Notes: generated from the sequence alone by a model not told the origin. A stretch of 64,000 nucleotides of DNA from Octopus sinensis (GCF_006345805.1 NC_043008.1:23808001-23872000); one strand, 5' to 3'; shown: positions 26,417 to 40,304, counted from the first letter of the stretch. A program made the numbers and translations.

Positions 26417-29400
26417 GTCATTTACTTTTAATCTGCATGTTTGATGCAATCACTTGCCGGGGCACACCCAGCGTCCTAGGGCAAATGAAGGTTAAGAGTT
26501 GTTGAAATATAGCTGAAAGCTTGGGGAGGGGAAGTAGAGAAATATCTCCATGTTATACAACACAAACATTTACATTGATAGGGTTTTTCTAAGGATGTGG
26601 GCAGTACTTGTTAGCACAATCTTTTGGATTTCCTTGAGACATGGTTCTCTAGGGATATTGTCTAGGTGTTTCTGACATCCCTTTTTTATCATACCTAGGG
26701 CACCTACAATAACAGGAACAGTTTTTGTTTTAAGATTCCACATCTTTTGTATTTCGATTTCCAGGTCCTTATATTTACTAAGTTTGTCGAATTCCTTTAC
26801 AGATATATTGTTATCAGTGGGGACGCTTACCTCTATTAGTCTGCAGGTATTTTCTTCCTTGTCTTTAACAATTGTGTCTGGTCGATTAGCCTTGATCATT
26901 CTGTCAGTGTTGACTGGAAAATCCCAGAGGATGGTGACATTTTTACCTTCAACAACTGGCTGAGGATGATGTTCATACCAGTTAGCAGGAGTGCCGAATT
27001 TGTAGTGTTTACATATCTTCCAATGTATATACTGTCCTACCCTATCGTGGCGATTTTTGTATTCGTTTGGTGTCAGCACAGGACATCCGGAAACGAGATG
27101 GTCTATTGTTTCGTCAAATGTGTCGCAGAATCTGCATTTAGGGTCAGTACCGTTTCGGAGAACGCTAGCCTGGTAATTTCTGGTAAAAAAGCTTTGATCT
27201 TGTGCTGCCAGTATGAAGCCTTCAGTTTCTGCTTTCAATCCTGAACTCTTCAACCACTGATGGGTTGTTGCTTGGTCTACATCAGCATTTTGGCTTCGGA
27301 GAATATATTGTCCATGAAGGGGCTTCTAGCTCCACCGCCTCTCAATTTGATTCTGCCCGTTCTTTTTTGCAGTCTCCTTGATTCGCTTTGCTTGCTTGCT
27401 AGTAGTGGTTTCCGGTTCTTCATTTGATTCAAGGTTAATGTCTAGTTCCCTTTCGAACTTATAAGCTTCCTTGACAATAGAATGCAGCTTTTTGCTGCTT
27501 TTGTGTTCGCACACAAGTCGCAGCATCCAGTCCTTTGTTCTAGATAGGTACCTGTTCATTCCTATAGTGAAGGTCTTATAGCACAGCTCTAATTGCATCA
27601 TTCCTCCCCCCCCCCCGTTGCTTCTAGGTAGGTACAGGCGGTCTACATCTGCCTTAGGGTGGTGCATGTTCTTGGATGTCAGTAATTTTCTTGTCTTCCT
27701 GTCCAAGTGTTGGAGTTCCGTAAGGTTCCAGTTAATGATGTTAAAACTGTACTGGACTACTGGAAGTGCCAGGGTGGTAATGGCCTCAATGCAATTTTTG
27801 GAGTTGAGTTCAGTCTTCAGTACAAGCCTTATTCTCCTATAGTATTCCTTTCTTATGTTTTCCTTCATAGTAGCATGATGTATACCATCTCCTCCGTTGA
27901 TTCCTAGGTATTTGTAACTTTCTTGTGGGTCAAGTTCCTTGATGGTAGTGTCAATATCTAATTTAACAGAAGCTGTTTGCCTGAGCTTGCCTCTTACAAA
28001 AGTTGCTTTAGCACACTTATCAAGGCCAAAATCCATTCCGATATCATTGCTAAACTCTTTAACAGTTGTTAGCAGCCCTTCTAGCTCATGGTCATTCCTG
28101 GCAAACAGCTTTAGGTCGTCCATATAGAAAAGGTGGTTTACTTACTAAAAACTTTGTACCCATATCTGGTATTATCCAATTCGTTTGAGAGTGGGATAAG
28201 TGCCATGCAAAAAAGTAATGGAGAGAGGGAGTCACCTTGAAAGATGCCTCGTTTGATGTTGATGCTGTTGGACTGGCTCATCCCATTACTATGGCTTACA
28301 ATGAGACGTGTGTTCCACATGGTCATGCTATTCTATAAGAATTTTGAGGCGACAGGAGAGATCTTGTATATCTCAAGGGCCTTGAGTATCCATTTATGTG
28401 GGACACTGTCAAACGCTTTCCTGTAGTCTATCCATGCCATACTCAGGTTTTTGTTTTTGCTCCGGCAATTCTCTACAATCATTCTGTTTATGAGCAATTG
28501 GTCTTTGTACCCATAAGAGTTTCTTTTACAACCTTTTTGAACTTGTGGAAGGATAGAGTTTTGTTCAAGGAAAGCGTACATTCTCTCCGTTATTATGGAT
28601 GTGAGGATTTTGTAGGTGGTGTTGAGACATGTTATTGGCCGGTAATTCTTTGGGGTTTTTGTATCTCCGGTTTTAGGTAATAGGTAAGTGGTTCCTTCTG
28701 TCAGCCAAGCAGGTATTTGCTCTGGGTTCTGAATGACATCAGACAGAGATGCAGCGAGATTTTCGTGTACCTCTGTCAGACAATTCAGCCAGAAGTTAGG
28801 GATCCGATCCAGTGCTGGGGTTTTCCATTTATGAGCCTTCCTAAGGACACACCATAGCTCCTCTATTCCTTTTGCTTCCCATTTCTGCTCTTCAAGTTCA
28901 TCCAGTCTTTCTTTCTCACTTTCTATCCAGTCAGCCTCAGCATTAAACTCTTTTTCGTTGCTCCATACCTTCTTCCAGAACTCCTCCACTTCCTCAATCT
29001 TAGGTGGATCTTCTATGTGTATTTTATTTTTTCCAATTTCCCTATAAAATTTCTTTGCATCTGTCTTAAAAAATTTATTTTGTCGATAAAATTTGTTTCT
29101 TTTGTCATACCTTCTAAGCCGCTGGGCTTTCAACTGTATCTGTTGTTTCAACAATTCCTTAGTTACAGGGAGGTTTATGAGGTCTTTGATTTTATATTTT
29201 TGCTTGATTTTTTCTAGCTTTTCTCGACTTAATATTCACTCCTCTAGCAAGCTCATCGAGAACTGAAACATCCGCCCGCAGAGATTCAATCTCTTTTTGT
29301 ATCGCTACTTTCCACTTAGCCTTTTTCTTTGTCATCTTAATACCTAGTTGGGTAGTTACTACTTTAGCAGTGGAATAGATGAGATTATTTAAAGTTGTCA

Positions 29401-30560
29401 GATCATTCCCCTTATTTCTTAAGATCTGTCCTTATATGTCATGATTGTGTCGTTATTCCTTGTGCCGTTTGAAAACTTTGGTAGCGGTTCTCTATTAACC
29501 ATGTCAGTGAGCTCAATCTTGCCGAGTTCTCTCATAATGTCCACTTTTGCTTCCATAATCTTTTCTCTGTTATTCACCTCAAATTCTATGCCATATCTAT
29601 TTTGGTTTTCTTGAGGAAGGTCTACGTTCTCCTCTTTTTTCAAATCTCTCTTCTTCGCTATTCTTTGTTTAACTTCCCCATTGGGAAGTTGATTTACCGC
29701 TTGTACACTGGCTTCTGTGCTACTGTTACCTATTTCGTCTACATTGCTGTTGTTTTCCTTTGGTCTACCATCAGCTATTAGTGTCCTAATTTGGTCAATT
29801 TCAGCGTCAGTTAGTCTTTTATTTTTAATTATATCTCTGCGTACATTACTTAATTTATTTGCGTCTATATATCTACGTACTTCGTTGCCTACTGAATTTC
29901 TCCATAATATGTATGTTTGTGCACTGAGGTTTTTGTTTGGGTTTAGTTGGGCTGTATAAAAAGCTTTCAACACATTTCTATAGTCCTCTCTGGTCCATTT
30001 TATACGTTTTGCTTTAGGTGGTGTTTTTGGTGGTGTCACTACAAGTCCAGAGTTAGAAGTATTCTGGTTCTGGTCACCTGGTAGATCGTCTTTTTGAGAG
30101 TTTGTTCCAGCAGCAAACTTTTCGACCCCAGTCTGGTTCCCTACTGGGTAACGCGGTCCTTGTTGTCCCGGGCGATGACCGATCCGGCATGATTTTTGGC
30201 TTGTTTTCATTAAATGATTGACGGCGACATCAGAGGGGTCCATTTTTTCAGAGTCAACTTTTTGACAAGACGCCGCTTCTGTGACGGTGACGTTAGAAGA
30301 AGGGATTGTTTGTACAGGGTCAACTTTTTGACAAGACACCGCTTCTGAATTCTCCGAATTGATATATTGGTCATATCGAACTCGCATGAGACTTACAGAT
30401 CGAAATTCGCCTGTTTCTTTTGGTAGACATGTTTCCGGGCATAACTATTCAGTGACGTCCTAAATTCAGTGACCAATTTGCTCTTTTTTGCGTTTGTTCG
30501 TGAAAAATCGCTTTGTTTTTGTTTTGTTTCGTCCGCGCCACGTGGTTTGTCTTTCTGTGT
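26416..30560 (-). mobile_element. R4/Dong-like non-LTR retrotransposon (copy C), near full length
   Basis: ORFs 30387-29419 (RIKWTREDY), 29154-28333 (NYRPITCL, AWIDYRKAFDSV), 28326-28138 (GIFQGDSLSPLLF), 28123-27326 (MDDLKLF) and 27253-26570 (CRFC...HLVSGC, NRPD, IEVSVP). The 3' UTR ends in (AAT)n. The 5' end is approximate. Confidence 0.92.
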
Positions 30561-30931
30561 GTATGTGTAAGCGCGTGTAAGCATTATTTATGCTTTATAA
30601 TTAAAATGTGTACGTGTATGCACAAACAGTTGCATGTATACTTAATTAATTAATTAATCAATTTATGTACTTACTGTCTTTCAAGAGCTCTGATGTTCGC
30701 TTCTATTTCTTATTCATGTCACGTGGAAATATTATGCATAAAAGAAAGAAAACTATACTATAAATGGCAATAAGAGTTCGGACTTTTTAGTTACTTTGCC
30801 TTAAAAGAAAATTTGGAAAAGATATTTTGTGGAACCTTTCTTCCATTGCAACGATGTTGTTGGATTAAATTCGTTTTTTGGAGAGAGGCTCCCAGGGAAC
30901 ATCCATGTTGTTATTCAGCCCGGAGCACCTT

Positions 30932-30980
30932 CCTTCTTCTTCTTCTTCTTCTTCTTCTTCTTCTTCTTCTTCTTCTTCTT

Positions 30981-31042
<62 letters not shown>

Positions 31043-31090
31043 CATCATTATTATTATTGTTGTTGTTGTTGTTATCATTATTATTATTAT
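30932..31090. repeat. (TTC)n-(TTA)n-(TTG)n compound microsatellite
   Basis: Direct reading. It forms the tail/target of copy D. Confidence 0.95.
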
Positions 31091-31094
31091 CATT

Positions 31095-34010
31095 TTTTTG
31101 TTATTATTTTCATATACACACAACTGTTTAGACTGTTGGAAAGGAAAAATCCTGACATCGGGCTACAATAAGTAACCTTAGATGTCAAGAACACTGCTAA
31201 GTATCCTAGCTTTACCTAATAACACTGTTTTCTGGAACTGTACTAAACTGGGTGTTATGTCTCTTTCCTCTACTCATCTGTTCAGATATATAGGGATAGT
31301 TCCCAATCCACCTATAATTATTGGGGTACATTTAACCCGCACTTTCCACAGTCTCTGTAATTCAATAGCTACATCCTGATACTTTGCTATATTTTCTGTA
31401 CATCTCATATTGATTTTCTCATTTTTGGGGGACTATAAAGACAATTACCTTGCACTTTCTATTCTCTTTATCTACTACTAATAAATCAGGCCTTCTAGTT
31501 AAAGTTCCACAACGTCTTGAATTTCTTACTTTATAGTACTTTATTTGGTTCATGTTCATACCATTTACTAGTATGGTCACATTCTAGCTTTGTACATAAC
31601 TCTCCCTGGGCTGTTATGTCTTTTCTTGTATTCTTTCTGTGCCAGCATGCTACATCCACTTATTATATGAGTAACGATCTCCTCACTTGACTTGCATAGT
31701 CTGCATGGGAATCTACATGGTTTTTGTCTATCATTGTCTATCTAATTAATCCTTAATGCTTACGCAGCTACTAACAAACTCTCTCACCCTTTTCTGTAAC
31801 CATAGCCATGTCTCATTACTACGATTTGCTACAACTATCTTTGGGATCATTTCCCTTCTATTTTTCTCGTTTTTAACTTCGTTTGGGTTTTTGGTTTCCT
31901 TATGTCTTGCCGTGACTATAGCGCCTTTTAGTAAACTTTCTTCACTATTACCTACATAGGAGTCTATATCTACTCTAGGTAACTCCACGCAATCTTCTAC
32001 TGGTATTAACCCTCTTCCGTCTTCCTCTCTAAGTAAGTGTAATCTTGCTACTCCTGCTCGTGGGTGGAGTCCTTTATTCATATTGAATTCCTTCATAGTT
32101 CTTCTGTCTAGCTTCGCTAATTCAGTTTTTGGCCAATCTACAAAAGCTGATGATTAATCTAACTAATGATACTGCCCAAGTATTTACAACCTTCCTTAGA
32201 TTCAAACTATTTAGCTTTGACTCCTCAATTTCCGTTTTCATTTCTATTGTTATTACTCTGTCAGATTCTAATACTCCTAGGTGCTTATAACTGTCTTCTT
32301 CTTTCAATGATTTTAATGACTGGCGATCTGGTAATCGGATGCCTTCGCTGTTGACTGCCTGTCTCTTTCTCATGACTAATATTGCACACTTATCTATTCC
32401 AAATTCCATGCCTGTATTTTTGGTGACGAGTGTTACAGTCTGTACTAAGCTAAGGAATCTATCTCATTTTCATTCTTCCTAAAAAGCTTCAGATAATCCA
32501 TGTAGAGCAAGTGGTTAATTTTTTCCTTACTGTTTCTGATACCCTGCCTTTGTCTTCCTTAATAGTAAACTGAGGGTGATAAAACATAAGAAAAATATTA
32601 AAGGGACAACGAGTCCTCCTGGAAAATTCCTCTTTTGGTATTAACCTTCCCTAAGAGTAGGGATATAGCTTCCATTTTTTCATGTTAAAGGTAATTAATT
32701 CTCTTATGGTGTCTGCTAAAAATGAATATACTCAGACATTCACTTATCCATAAGTGTGAGATCATATCATAGGCTTTCCTGTAATCTATACATGCTATTG
32801 GTAGATATTTCTTTCTAGCTTTTACTTCATTTAGAACTGCTTTGTTTATGTATAATAGATCATGCGTTCCTTTATCCTTCTTCCTGCAACCTTTTTGTTC
32901 TGACAGTAAATTCTGGTTGTCAAGGTGCTCGTAAATGCTTTCTGAAAGCATTCCTATTAACTTCCACACTAATGGTAAGCAAGTGATTGGTCTATAACTG
33001 CTACCTGTATTACATTTGCTCTTATCTTTCATAATGATACCCTGCCTTTGTCTAGTCATCCCATCTGGTATTATTCCTACATTAAGGCAATCCTGAAGTT
33101 GTTCCCTAAGCCTCCAATGTAAACTACTAAATTTCTTTAACCAGTATCCTTGAACTAAATTTGGTCCTGGGTCCTTCCAATTCGGCATTTTTCCTGACAC
33201 TTTATTAATTAATGCACAAGTTAGTTTTAGATATGGCTGCTTTGCAACCATACTGCATCTTCATTATAATGGAAAGGTTTATTCCAAATATTTCTCCAGA
33301 ATGTTTTAGCTTCTTCTGCATTAGGTTTCTCACCTTCAGTACTTCGTTCTCCACTATTTATTTGGCTATAAAATTTCCTCTGTTCCGTTGGTACTGATCA
33401 ATTCTTTTCTGATATCTGGAGAGATTACTTGCTACTACCTGCTACTGGTATGGTATGCTGCTTCAACTCTTCTGTTACAGTCCCAGATCCTTTCTCTTTG
33501 ACTAAGTATCTTTCTCAAGGGAAGATTTACATCTTGTGTTTCCTAACTTGTTCAATTTGCAGGCTTTTATTCTACTCAGATCTTGTCTTAAACTCATCAC
33601 TTTATTTTGTAGTGTCCTTTTCCATATTTACTATTTTTAATTCTTTCCTTGTGAGTATCTAATCTCCAAGTGACTATTGCCCCTCATGCATAGATCAATA
33701 TGTTAGTGTCTCCTATATTTTTAGTATCTACTGATAACAGAATCTACATTCCTTGTTATTACTAGCAGCTTCCTTCTGTCGGTACCTTTTAATGCTGGCA
33801 ATCTTTTTCTTACTGCTTCACTCATTAATTCCACTCCTTTCCTTATTGGTGGCGCTATTACTATTTTTTCTTTTAAGTTCTTCTTTCGTTTGAGCTGTAT
33901 CTCTTATATTGTTGCTTGTCTTTCCTACTGCCTGATCTTTCTCTTCCAGTTCTCTTGTGATCTCTTCTACCTCCAATTCTATCATCCATTTTCCTCTCCT
34001 AATAGCATTC
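31095..34010 (-). mobile_element. R4/Dong-like non-LTR retrotransposon (copy D), decayed with internal deletions
   Basis: PNWKDPGPNLVQGYWLK, SYRPITCLPLVWK, CIDYRKAYDM, MEFGIDKCA, GLHPRAGVARLHL, and the terminal ARILSSVLDI*. Confidence 0.85.
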
Positions 34011-34011
34011 T

Positions 34012-34088
34012 TCTTCTCTTCTTCTTCTTCTTCTTCTTCTTCTTCTTCTTCTTCTTCTTCTTCTTCTTCTTCTTCTTCTTCTTCTTCA
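34012..34088. repeat. (TTC)n microsatellite
   Basis: Direct reading. Confidence 0.95.
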
Positions 34089-34104
34089 TCAATATTACAA
34101 CAAT

Positions 34105-35000
34105 AATGATTCTGTAAACTACGAAAGAAATGGTAGTCTGAATGAGCAAGGTCGGGAGAATAAGGTGGATGAGGATTTTTTCCTAGCCAAGCTCTGCGTT
34201 CTTTGCAGTGTGGGGTCGGGCTTTGTCCTGATGAAACATCAATCCTTTTTGATTCACTACAGCAGGTCTTTTTTTCTTCAAAGCTTGGTTCAAACTCTCT
34301 AATTGTTGACAGTAAACTTGAGCATTGATTGTTGCATTAGATGGTAGCAATTCAAAGTGAATTACTCCTTTGCAATCCCACCAGATAGAGAGAAGAACCT
34401 TTTTCCCATTAAGTTCCCTTCTCGGTTGTGGTTGAAAATTTTCCCTTTTACCAAGCCACTGTTTACGACGTTTAACATTTCGATAGAAGATCAATTTTTC
34501 GTCACCAGTCACATGTATATCCAAAAAGGGTGAAATGAGATTTGCGGTTGCTTTCGGACAATTCATGAGGCATCCATTTTCCAAGTTTAGGAAGCTTTCC
34601 AAGTTGTTGAAGATGATGATGAACAGTTGTATGGTTTGAACTAAGCTTTATTGCCAATTCTTCAACTGATAATGCAGGATTTTCTTCAAGTAATGCCTCA
34701 AGGAGCTTATAATCAAACTCAACTGTACGTCCTGTTCGATATTCAGCTTCAAGGCTGAAATCTCCACTTCTGAAGTTTGCAAACCATCTTCTGCAAGTTC
34801 TTTCATTCAAGCATTCTGTCCCGATTTACCTTTTTTGTGCTCATAAAGTGTTATGTGCCTTAAATGCTCTTTGGATACTTCCATGTAAGAAAGGGTTTTA
34901 ATCAAAAAAATTTTAATTCCATTAGACATTCTAAAATACTATTAAATTTCATTCAATTTTAAAAAAGGTAAAATCGGACAGAACTTATGGGATGACCTGA
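34105..35000 (-). mobile_element. Mariner transposon, 3'-truncated and decayed
   Basis: The end TA|TCAGGTCATCCCATAAGTTCTGTCC at 35002 (minus) is TIR-like. Coding reads MEVSKEHLRH, NERTCRRWF, LGKWMPHEL, VTGDEK, LLSIWWD, FHQDKARPH and YSPDLAHSDYHFFRSLQNH. Confidence 0.85.
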
Positions 35001-35002
35001 TA

Positions 35003-38000
35003 TTTGACTATTTTTTATCATACCTAATGCACCTCCTATGATAAGAATTGGTTCCGCTTTTAGATTCCCCATTTATGTTACCAAAATTTTCAGTTTTTTT
35101 TTGTATTTTGAAAGTTTCTCCGTCATCTGTTGGTATTGATACGTCGATTAGAAAGGATGTTTTTCCTTGATGATCCCTGACAACTACGAGGGGCGTTCAA
35201 TAAGTAATGCCTCTGACCCACTTGCAGTTGTTTGATCTAGCTAAAATTTTGCATGTGCAATTATTTATATCTCTATAGAGTAAGTGGCAAATTACAGCTC
35301 TGAACTAATTGTGGTTTCTGATTTACAGGTGTTTGAACTGAGTCAAGTGTGAAACGGAGCCTGTTGAGTGTCGAGCAGTGATGCGGTTTTTGTATTTGAA
35401 AGGACGCACACCACGGGAGACTTTTTATGAAATAAAAGTAACTTATGGTGATGATGCCCCATCATATGACCTTGTAAAACGCTGGCATCGTGAATTCAAA
35501 CATGGTCGGAACTTTGTGGAAACAGCTCCCAGATCTGGTCGCCCCCTTCTGCCATTGATGAGACATCTGTCCGTCAAGTTGAGGCTGCCATTTTGGAAGA
35601 TCGACGCATAACTATTCGCCAAATAGCCCATGAGGTCAAGATTAGTACCGGGTCTGTGGAAACTATCATTCATGACCATTTGCATATGCAAAAGGTGTCT
35701 GCCAGATGGATTCCCAGGCTGCTCACACCTTTCCAGAAGCAAGAACGCGTCGATTGCGCGAGGATGAATTTGAAGATGTGCCAAGAAGATGAGTCAAAAT
35801 TTTTCAAAAGACTGATTACACAGGATGAAACCTGGGTCCATCACTATGATCCAGAGACCAAAGCCCAGTCAATGCAGTGAAAGCACCGTGACTCACCTCC
35901 TCCAAAGAAGGCAAGGGTGCAGCCCTCCGCTGGCAAGGTCATGCTCACAGTTTTCTGGGACCAGGACGGAGTAGTGATGACAGATTTCTTGGCAAAGTGT
36001 GCCACAATTACAGGAGTCTATTATGCTTCACTTTTGAGGAAATTAAGAGAAGCTATCAAAATCAAGAGGCGGGGCAAGATCAGCAAAGGCATCCTCCTCC
36101 TGCAGGACAACGCTCCGGTCCACAACTCGCGTGTCGCCAGATCAGAAGCACAGGCGTGCGGCTATGAACTCATCCCCCATTCCCCCTACTCTCCTGACCT
36201 GCACCCTCTGATTTTCACCTCTTCCCAGCCATGAAGTTGTTTTTGAAAGGAAAGCGTTTCCCAGATGATGCAGCCTTGATTTCTGAAGTCACGTCGTGGT
36301 TGGAGGACCAAGCTGGGGTCTTCTACAAAAACGGTCTTCAGAGTTGCATGAAACGATGGGAGAAATGCGTAACTCTGGGTGGTTCCTATGTAGAAAAAGA
36401 CTAATAACTGTGCCAAGTTTCGTTGCTCTACTGCTATGGGAAGTGGGTCAAGGGCATTACTTATTGAACGCCCCTCGTATATCCGGCCAATTGGCCTTAA
36501 CTTCTTTATCTGTGTGTATCGTCGTATCCCATAGTATGGCTGCTTTCTCATTTTCTGTAACCTTTTCTGGCATGTGCCTATACCAGTTTCTCGCTGCTGT
36601 TATTCCATAGTATTGGTTTCCAGCATATATAGATCCCAACTCTGTCGTGTCTGTAAATATATTCCTTCTTAGCTAGGACTGGGCAGCCAGAGACAATATG
36701 ATTTATTGTTTCTTGTTCATCTCCACATATTCTGCAGTTACTTTTTATGTTTCTTCACACTATATAATTTTGGTAATTTGTAATGGGAAGGCTTTGATCT
36801 TGTGCTGCAATTAAAAATCCTTCAGTTTCTGCTTTGTGTCCTGAGCTTCTGAACCATTGCTGGGATTTTACCTTTTCTATGTTTCTTTGTTTAGTTTAAT
36901 CTAGTATTTGCTATGAAGAGGCTTTTCTTGCCATCGTTTTATCATGATCCGTTGCTGTTCTAATTTTAGTTTGGAGTTCAGTTGTTTTACAGCTTTTGTT
37001 GTTTCTTCTTTTTCTTCATAGACGTTAGGTAGTATGATTTTTTTTGCAGCTTCCTTAAAAACTGAAAACAGATTTTTGTTTTTTTCATGTATTAGTTTTC
37101 ATTGCTTCTGACGTAGGTATTACTTTAGTCCTATGGTGGTTATTTTGTAATAGTTTGCTAGCTGTATAAGGCCTCTACCGTCTTCCATACGTTGGAAATA
37201 TATAACCTTTCTATGTCAGATTTTGGGTGGTGCATCCTAAATCCTGTCATTATTTTTCTTGTTTTCCTGTTTATTTTGATTAATTCATTTAGAGTCTAGT
37301 TAAGAATATTGTAGCTGTAACATAACTGGTATGGCTGGAGTATTGATGCCTATTATTTTGTTTTTTGCATTAAGCCCTGTTTCAATACTAATCTTACTCG
37401 TCTATAATGTTCTTTTCTTATCTTCTCTTTCCTTTGTGTGTATTGTGTCGTATCTAGTTCATGGATTCCTAAGTATTTGTAAGTTTGGCTTTGGTCTAAT
37501 TCTTTTATTTCATTGGTTTTATCTAGTGTGATGTTACTACTCTAAACTAGTTTTCCTCTTTTCAAGTTTGCTTTGGCACATTTTTCTAAGCCAAATTTAA
37601 TGTTTATTTCTTCGGTAAATCCATGAACTGCCTGTAGTAATGTTTCCAGAGTGTATCTCCCTGGAATAGTCTTCTTCTAATGGAGATGGCTTTGGTTTTT
37701 ACGAGTCCCTCTTTTTTTCTGGAGCTGTAGCACCGTCTGCCATTTATTCGTGGAATGTTTAAAATATTTTTTTGATTATTGGTGCTACCTTGTTTATGGC
37801 TAGTGTTTCTAGAATCCATGTGTGGGGAATACTGCCAAAACCCTTTCGGTAATTGATCCAGGCATTACTTAAACTCTTCTTCTTTCTGCAGCATCAGTAG
37901 CTCGTCTTTACAGCCGTATGAGTCCTTGCAGCATCTCTTTTGCTCTTCTGGAAACAGGTTGTTCTCTTCCAGATGCTTGCTCATTCTCTGCGAGATTGCA

Positions 38001-39420
38001 GTTAAGGCCTTGTAAATTGTAGGGAGACAAATTATTGGTCAATGCGTTTACCGTTTCAGTGGATTTGGGAATTAGGATAGTTTTTCCTTCCATGAACCAT
38101 GCAGGCATTGTCGCTGGCTCTGCTAGTATTTCATTAAATTACTCAGCTAGTTCTAGATGTGCTCCTGTTAGGTATTTTAGTAAGAAGTTGGGTATCTTGT
38201 CGCGCCCGGGTGCTTTCCAATTGCTTAGTTTTTGTAGTGCCCGGGTGACCTCGTCATTTGTTATAGGGGTCCAGAGTTGATCGTTGTTTTGATAGACATT
38301 TTCTGAGCTTGTTCCTTCGTCGACCATATTCCTTTCCAAAATTCCTCCACTTCTGTTGTTGGTGCTGTAACGATCTCTATTTTATTTTTGGCAAGTTCTT
38401 GGTAGAATCTTTTGGGGTTTGAGTTGAACTGTTTGTTTTGTTCAAAGAAACGTTGGCGTTTCTCTTACCGGCGGATTCTTTATGCTTTGGCGAGGATATC
38501 TTGCTTTAGCTGTTCTTTTACCTCAGGTATACCTTGTTCTGTAATTTTGTATTTACGTAGTATATTTCTTCTTTTCGTGTTGCTTAGCAGTGTTGATTGT
38601 CTACTAGTTTCATTAAGGATTGCCAGATCCTTTCTCTTCTTTTCTATTTTTCTCTGGATGTTATTTATTCACAAGGTTTGGGTTGGTGATGATACTCTTG
38701 TTTGCATGGGTTTGAGGCAGTATCCAACTTCTTTTGTGACCACAGAGACTGCTGTATTTATTATGTCATTTAGCCTGGTCATATTGACATGTGTTGGCCA
38801 GGTTCATAATATTTATTATTGATGTTGTTTTGTTATTAAATTCAATTTTTAGGATAACAATCGGAGATCTATGGTTTTCAGTTCTTTGATTATGCTCATT
38901 TTTAGAGTATCATAATCATTAGGTTCACTTTCCCTGATTCAAAGTTTTAGATTTGTTTCGTATTCCCTCCCATTTATACTTGTGTCTTTGCTGTTCTGGT
39001 TTGGTGCATTTTGCTTATCATTATATATTCTTACGGTCTGGATTTGTTGTCTTTCGTTGTTTACTTCGTTTTTGTTGGACATGTTACGTCTGTCTTCGTG
39101 TTTTATAGTCTCAGTGCTTACAATATTATTTAGTGTTGCTGTGTGGTTGCTATCTACGTTTTCTTGATGTATCTTTTCTTTTTAAGTGTTCTATTACTAT
39201 TTCCGATATTTTTTGCTTTGAAAATAATCTTCGCATGTTGGCTAGTTTATTAAGGTTCATTGCTGTACCCAAATATTTATCTAGGTTATTTTTCCTCCAC
39301 ATTTTTGCGTTTTCGTTCTGTGGGTAGAGCACACTGCTGTAAAATATGCGTGTAGGATTGAAATTCCTCGAGTGTCCAGTTATGCTTTTTTGCTTTTATT
39401 TGCAGGACACGGGGAATAAC
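35003..39420 (-). mobile_element. R4/Dong-like non-LTR retrotransposon (copy E), split by a mariner
   Basis: RKMWRKNN..., NWKAPGRDKIPNFLLK, FQGDTL, ILWDTTIHTDKEVKANWPDI | VVRD...LIDVSIP...GALGMIK across the mariner. Confidence 0.85.
35187..36477 (+). mobile_element. Complete DD34D mariner transposon (1291 bp) with a pseudogenised transposase
   Basis: Perfect 25-bp TIRs CGAGGGGCGTTCAATAAGTAATGCC, with TA duplication at 35185-35186 and 36478-36479. Motifs are WIPRLL, ITQDETWVHHYDPETK, QDNAPVH and YSPDL. There are frameshifts near 35545 and 36200 and a TGA at 35878. Confidence 0.97.
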
Positions 39421-39938
39421 ATTGCTGTTGTTGCTTTTGTTTTTATTGATTATTATATTTAATTTCTCTCGCTGTCAATTTGTTCCAATTATTTTGAAAT
39501 TTTGGTGTATCGTTTTAGTTTTGTATGCCAATTATGAAAATGGAACTCATTTTTGCCGAAAATTTATAGATAAAAAATTAGATTTTGAATTTGGGTAATT
39601 TTAAGTCAATCGAAAGCCATAGACACATTGGTGTCTGTTTCCATTGTCACAATCGATGCTGTAGTCTGCTTCACGAAACAGCAGCAGCAGCAGCGCCACA
39701 ACCATCACCACCACCACCAAATATATATTCTTTTTGTCTGTGTATTGTCCTTGACGACGAATTCCTGTGCATTTTCTGGATCTTTGTTACCTAATATTTA
39801 TAATATTCACATGTGCATTCGATATTTAGAATCAACCTTAAAATTTGCATCAATAAATCAAACTTGAACATTTTCACTTAATTATAAAATTTCAAAATCT
39901 ATGATAGCAACAGAGATCTGATCATATATATATAAAAG

Positions 39939-39997
<59 letters not shown>

Positions 39998-39998
<1 letters not shown>

Positions 39999-40207
39999 CT
40001 TTTTTACTCTTTAACTTGTTTCAGTCCTTTGACTGTGACCATGCTGGAGCACCGCCTTTAGTCGAGCAAATCGACCCCAGGACTTATTCTTTGTAAGCTT
40101 AGTACTTATTCTATCGTTCTCTTTTGCCGAACCGCTAAGTGACGGGGACGTAAACACACCAGTATCGGTTGTCAAGCAATGCTAGGGGGACAAACACAGA
40201 CAATCAA

Positions 40208-40304
<97 letters not shown>

